Below, piece after piece: positions 62,370 through 64,000 of a stretch of 64,000 bases of DNA. Made by a program: the position numbers and the translations under genes. The first letter of the stretch is position 1; each line of letters begins with the position of its first letter. The stretch spans positions 30,919-94,918 of the forward strand of contig JAJXZF010000040.1 of assembly GCA_021780225.1 (NCBI GenBank), given 5' to 3'. The notes below the pieces were generated by a model. The model was given only the letters and a program-made list of their open reading frames with translations, did not search any database and was not told the DNA's origin. This DNA is from Deltaproteobacteria bacterium. GTDB lineage: Bacteria > Desulfobacterota > Binatia > Binatales > Binataceae.

Positions 62370-62493
62370 GATCGGTCTGTCGCCGATCGCGGTCGCGCGG
62401 CCGGGCCGAATTGAATTCGGTGGCGGACGCGATTTAAGTTCAATCATCAGGACGTGCGCGAGCGCGCATCAAACCAATTCACGGAAGTGCGGA

Positions 62494-63264
62494 ATGTTCG
62501 ATTTTAGAAACAAGGTCGCGTTGATCACGGGCGGAACGCGCGGACTCGGCCGCGCGATCGCGATGCAGTTGGCAAAGGGCGGCGCGACCATCGCGCTCAA
62601 TTACCGGCGCGACGAGGAAAGCGCCAGGCGCACGCTCGAAGAAGTGCGCGCGCATGCGCCGCGGTCGATTTTAATCCGCGCCGACATGGAGCACGATGCG
62701 GAGGTGCGCGCGCTGGTCGCGGCGGCGGCGCAGGAATTCGGCCGGCTCGACTTTCTGGTCGTTAACGCCGCGGCGACCGCGTTCAAGCCGCTGCTCGAAG
62801 CGAAGCCGCACAACCTGACGCGCACCTTCAATCTAAGCGTGGGCGGTTTCGTCGCGGCGGTGCAGGAAGCCGGCAAGTTCATGGGCGAGGGCGGACGAAT
62901 CGTAATGATTTCCGGAATCGACTCGATTCGCCATCTGCCCGGCCACGGCGTGCTCGGCGCCGCCAAAGCCGCGATGGAAGCGATGGTGCGCGACTTCGCG
63001 TTTGAGCTGGGACGCCGCGAGATCACCGTCAATGGCGTGAATTTCGGCATGATCGACAGCGATTCGTCGCGAATCTATTTTGGCGGCGATTTTCAACGCG
63101 CGCTCGACGTGACCGCCGCTCGCACCGCCTTGGGCCGGCTGCCGGAACTGGACGAAATCGCCGCGGTGGTCGCGCTCCTGTGCACGCCCGCGGCGCGCTA
63201 TCTGACGGCGCAGACGTTGATGGTTGATGGCGGTCTGACGCTGGCGTCGCCCCTTGCGCGCTGA
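62494..63264 (+). CDS. short-chain dehydrogenase/reductase (SDR), FabG/FabL-like
   Basis: Start ATG 62494 (MFDFRNKVALITGGTRGLGRAIA). NAD(P)-binding TGGTRGLG and catalytic Tyr/Lys region. Confidence 0.88.
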   Translation: MFDFRNKVALITGGTRGLGRAIAMQLAKGGATIALNYRRDEESARRTLEEVRAHAPRSILIRADMEHDAEVRALVAAAAQEFGRLDFLVVNAAATAFKPLLEAKPHNLTRTFNLSVGGFVAAVQEAGKFMGEGGRIVMISGIDSIRHLPGHGVLGAAKAAMEAMVRDFAFELGRREITVNGVNFGMIDSDSSRIYFGGDFQRALDVTAARTALGRLPELDEIAAVVALLCTPAARYLTAQTLMVDGGLTLASPLAR

Positions 63265-63316
63265 CGCCGGGCGTTTTGATTCGCCAGCCCGCGATTAGCG
63301 CGGATGGAGTTTTAAT

Positions 63317-63682
63317 ATGGAGAGCGAAAATCAATCGACATGGACGGCGGGTGAGCCTGTCGACGGCATCGTTCACCTCAAGACCGCCGACGAAATCGCC
63401 CGGCTGAAACGCGGCGCGCTATGGGCCGGCGGCGATCGCGCCGCTGAAGGTCTGGCGAAGAACGGCGAATTGAGCGTGACGCTGATCGCGTTGAAGCGCG
63501 GCGCCGCGCTCAAGGAGCATCAGGCGCGCGGCACGGTCGCGGTGACGGTTCTGGCGGGCGCTATCCGGCTCAATGGCGCGAACTACGCGGCCGGCGACGT
63601 GGCGGTAATCGATCGCGGGATTCCGCACGCGGTCGAGGCGCTTGAGGAAAGCGCGCTATTGCTGACAGCGGCCCTCCGCTAG
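63317..63682 (+). CDS. cupin-domain protein
   Basis: 121 aa with two-motif cupin beta-barrel spacing (H..H....E ... G.........H-like blocks). Confidence 0.65.
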   Translation: MESENQSTWTAGEPVDGIVHLKTADEIARLKRGALWAGGDRAAEGLAKNGELSVTLIALKRGAALKEHQARGTVAVTVLAGAIRLNGANYAAGDVAVIDRGIPHAVEALEESALLLTAALR

Positions 63683-63736
63683 TGTGACGGCCCCTAAATA
63701 AGTTTGCACTCTGCATCGATCTTGCGCTGCGCGTGG

Positions 63737-63800
63737 ATGCCCGGATCAAGTCCGGGCATGACCAACTCTGTTCGTCATTGCCGGGCCCAGACCCGGCAAT
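63737..63800. repeat. REP-like twin perfect hairpins in a convergent intergenic region
   Basis: ATGCCCGG-atcaagt-CCGGGCAT (8-bp stem) and ATTGCCGGG-cccaga-CCCGGCAAT (9-bp stem) 17 nt apart, between the cupin (+) and SDR (-) 3' ends. Confidence 0.5.
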
Positions 63801-63823
63801 CCATCTCTATCAGGCCGCGCGAA

Positions 63824-64000
63824 CTAAACGCGGCAGAGCAGGCCGCCGTCAACCGCGACCGCCTCGCCCGTCACGAAACTGGAGGCGGGCGCCGCCAGAT
63901 AGAGCAGCGCGCCCGCAATCTCTTCGGGTTTGAGCAGGCGGCGATAGGGCAGATATTTAATCAGCCTGTCGCCGAATTCTCCCGCTTCCAACGCCGGGCT
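63824..64000 (-). CDS. SDR-family oxidoreductase, C-terminal fragment (gene runs off the window end)
   Basis: ...EEIAGALLYLAAPASSFVTGEAVAVDGGL is the classic SDR C-terminus. TAG stop at 63824-63826. Confidence 0.6.
   Translation of the reverse strand, partial: SPALEAGEFGDRLIKYLPYRRLLKPEEIAGALLYLAAPASSFVTGEAVAVDGGLLCRV

Overview
This is a 64-kb window of a high-GC (about 67%) bacterial chromosome with a Gram-negative-type envelope (lipoboxes, periplasmic Spy-like protein, BatA/vWA operon). Gene content resembles a deltaproteobacterium- or Rokubacteria-like soil lineage, but the taxon cannot be fixed from sequence alone. Most of the window is densely packed core metabolism with tight, often overlapping operons. 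The window contains asnS, a cvpA-like gene, trxA, two tandem Zn-alcohol-dehydrogenase paralogs, a large polytopic membrane protein with an amidohydrolase, and lysA-dapF-dapA. It also contains a secreted LIP-family lipase and a long minus-strand arginine operon (argB-argD-argF-argG-small Zn-ribbon ORF-argH-lipoprotein) lying downstream of xerC-hslV-hslU. Further genes are a zinc-ribbon ORF with glmU-glmS, a family III CoA-transferase, an AhpD-like gene coupled to ispG, uspA, a cytochrome c, and a GAF/sigma-54 activator preceded by an excisionase-family HTH gene. Beyond these are an SDR, a NYN-domain protein, an acyl-CoA dehydrogenase, a SAM-MTase, and a five-gene minus-strand block (2-oxoacid dehydrogenase E1alpha/E1beta/E2, an M20 peptidase and a FIST sensor). 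The window ends with nth, a HIBADH-like dehydrogenase, a MoxR-DUF58-BatA-vWA operon, a second excisionase-family HTH paralog, a bactofilin, an SDR, a cupin and a partial SDR. The accessory or unusual content is listed below.
1. A roughly 1.5-kb low-GC island (30.56-32.13 kb) encodes a beta-class DNA methyltransferase translationally coupled to a small PvuII-like restriction endonuclease. It sits next to REP-like perfect hairpins and a strongly coding 57-aa ORF absent from the ORF track.
2. A module of three hypothetical genes (34.09-35.77 kb) lies behind an extremely AT-rich leader. One gene carries an HExxH motif and an Arg/Ala-rich tail.
3. Two palindrome-rich non-coding stretches (39.43-40.33 kb and 41.10-41.27 kb) are candidate small-RNA or terminator loci.
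4. REP-like twin hairpins occur at 63.74-63.80 kb.
No CRISPR array, tRNA, rRNA or transposase was found. Many long ORFs in the six-frame track are GC-driven shadows of the real genes and were discarded.
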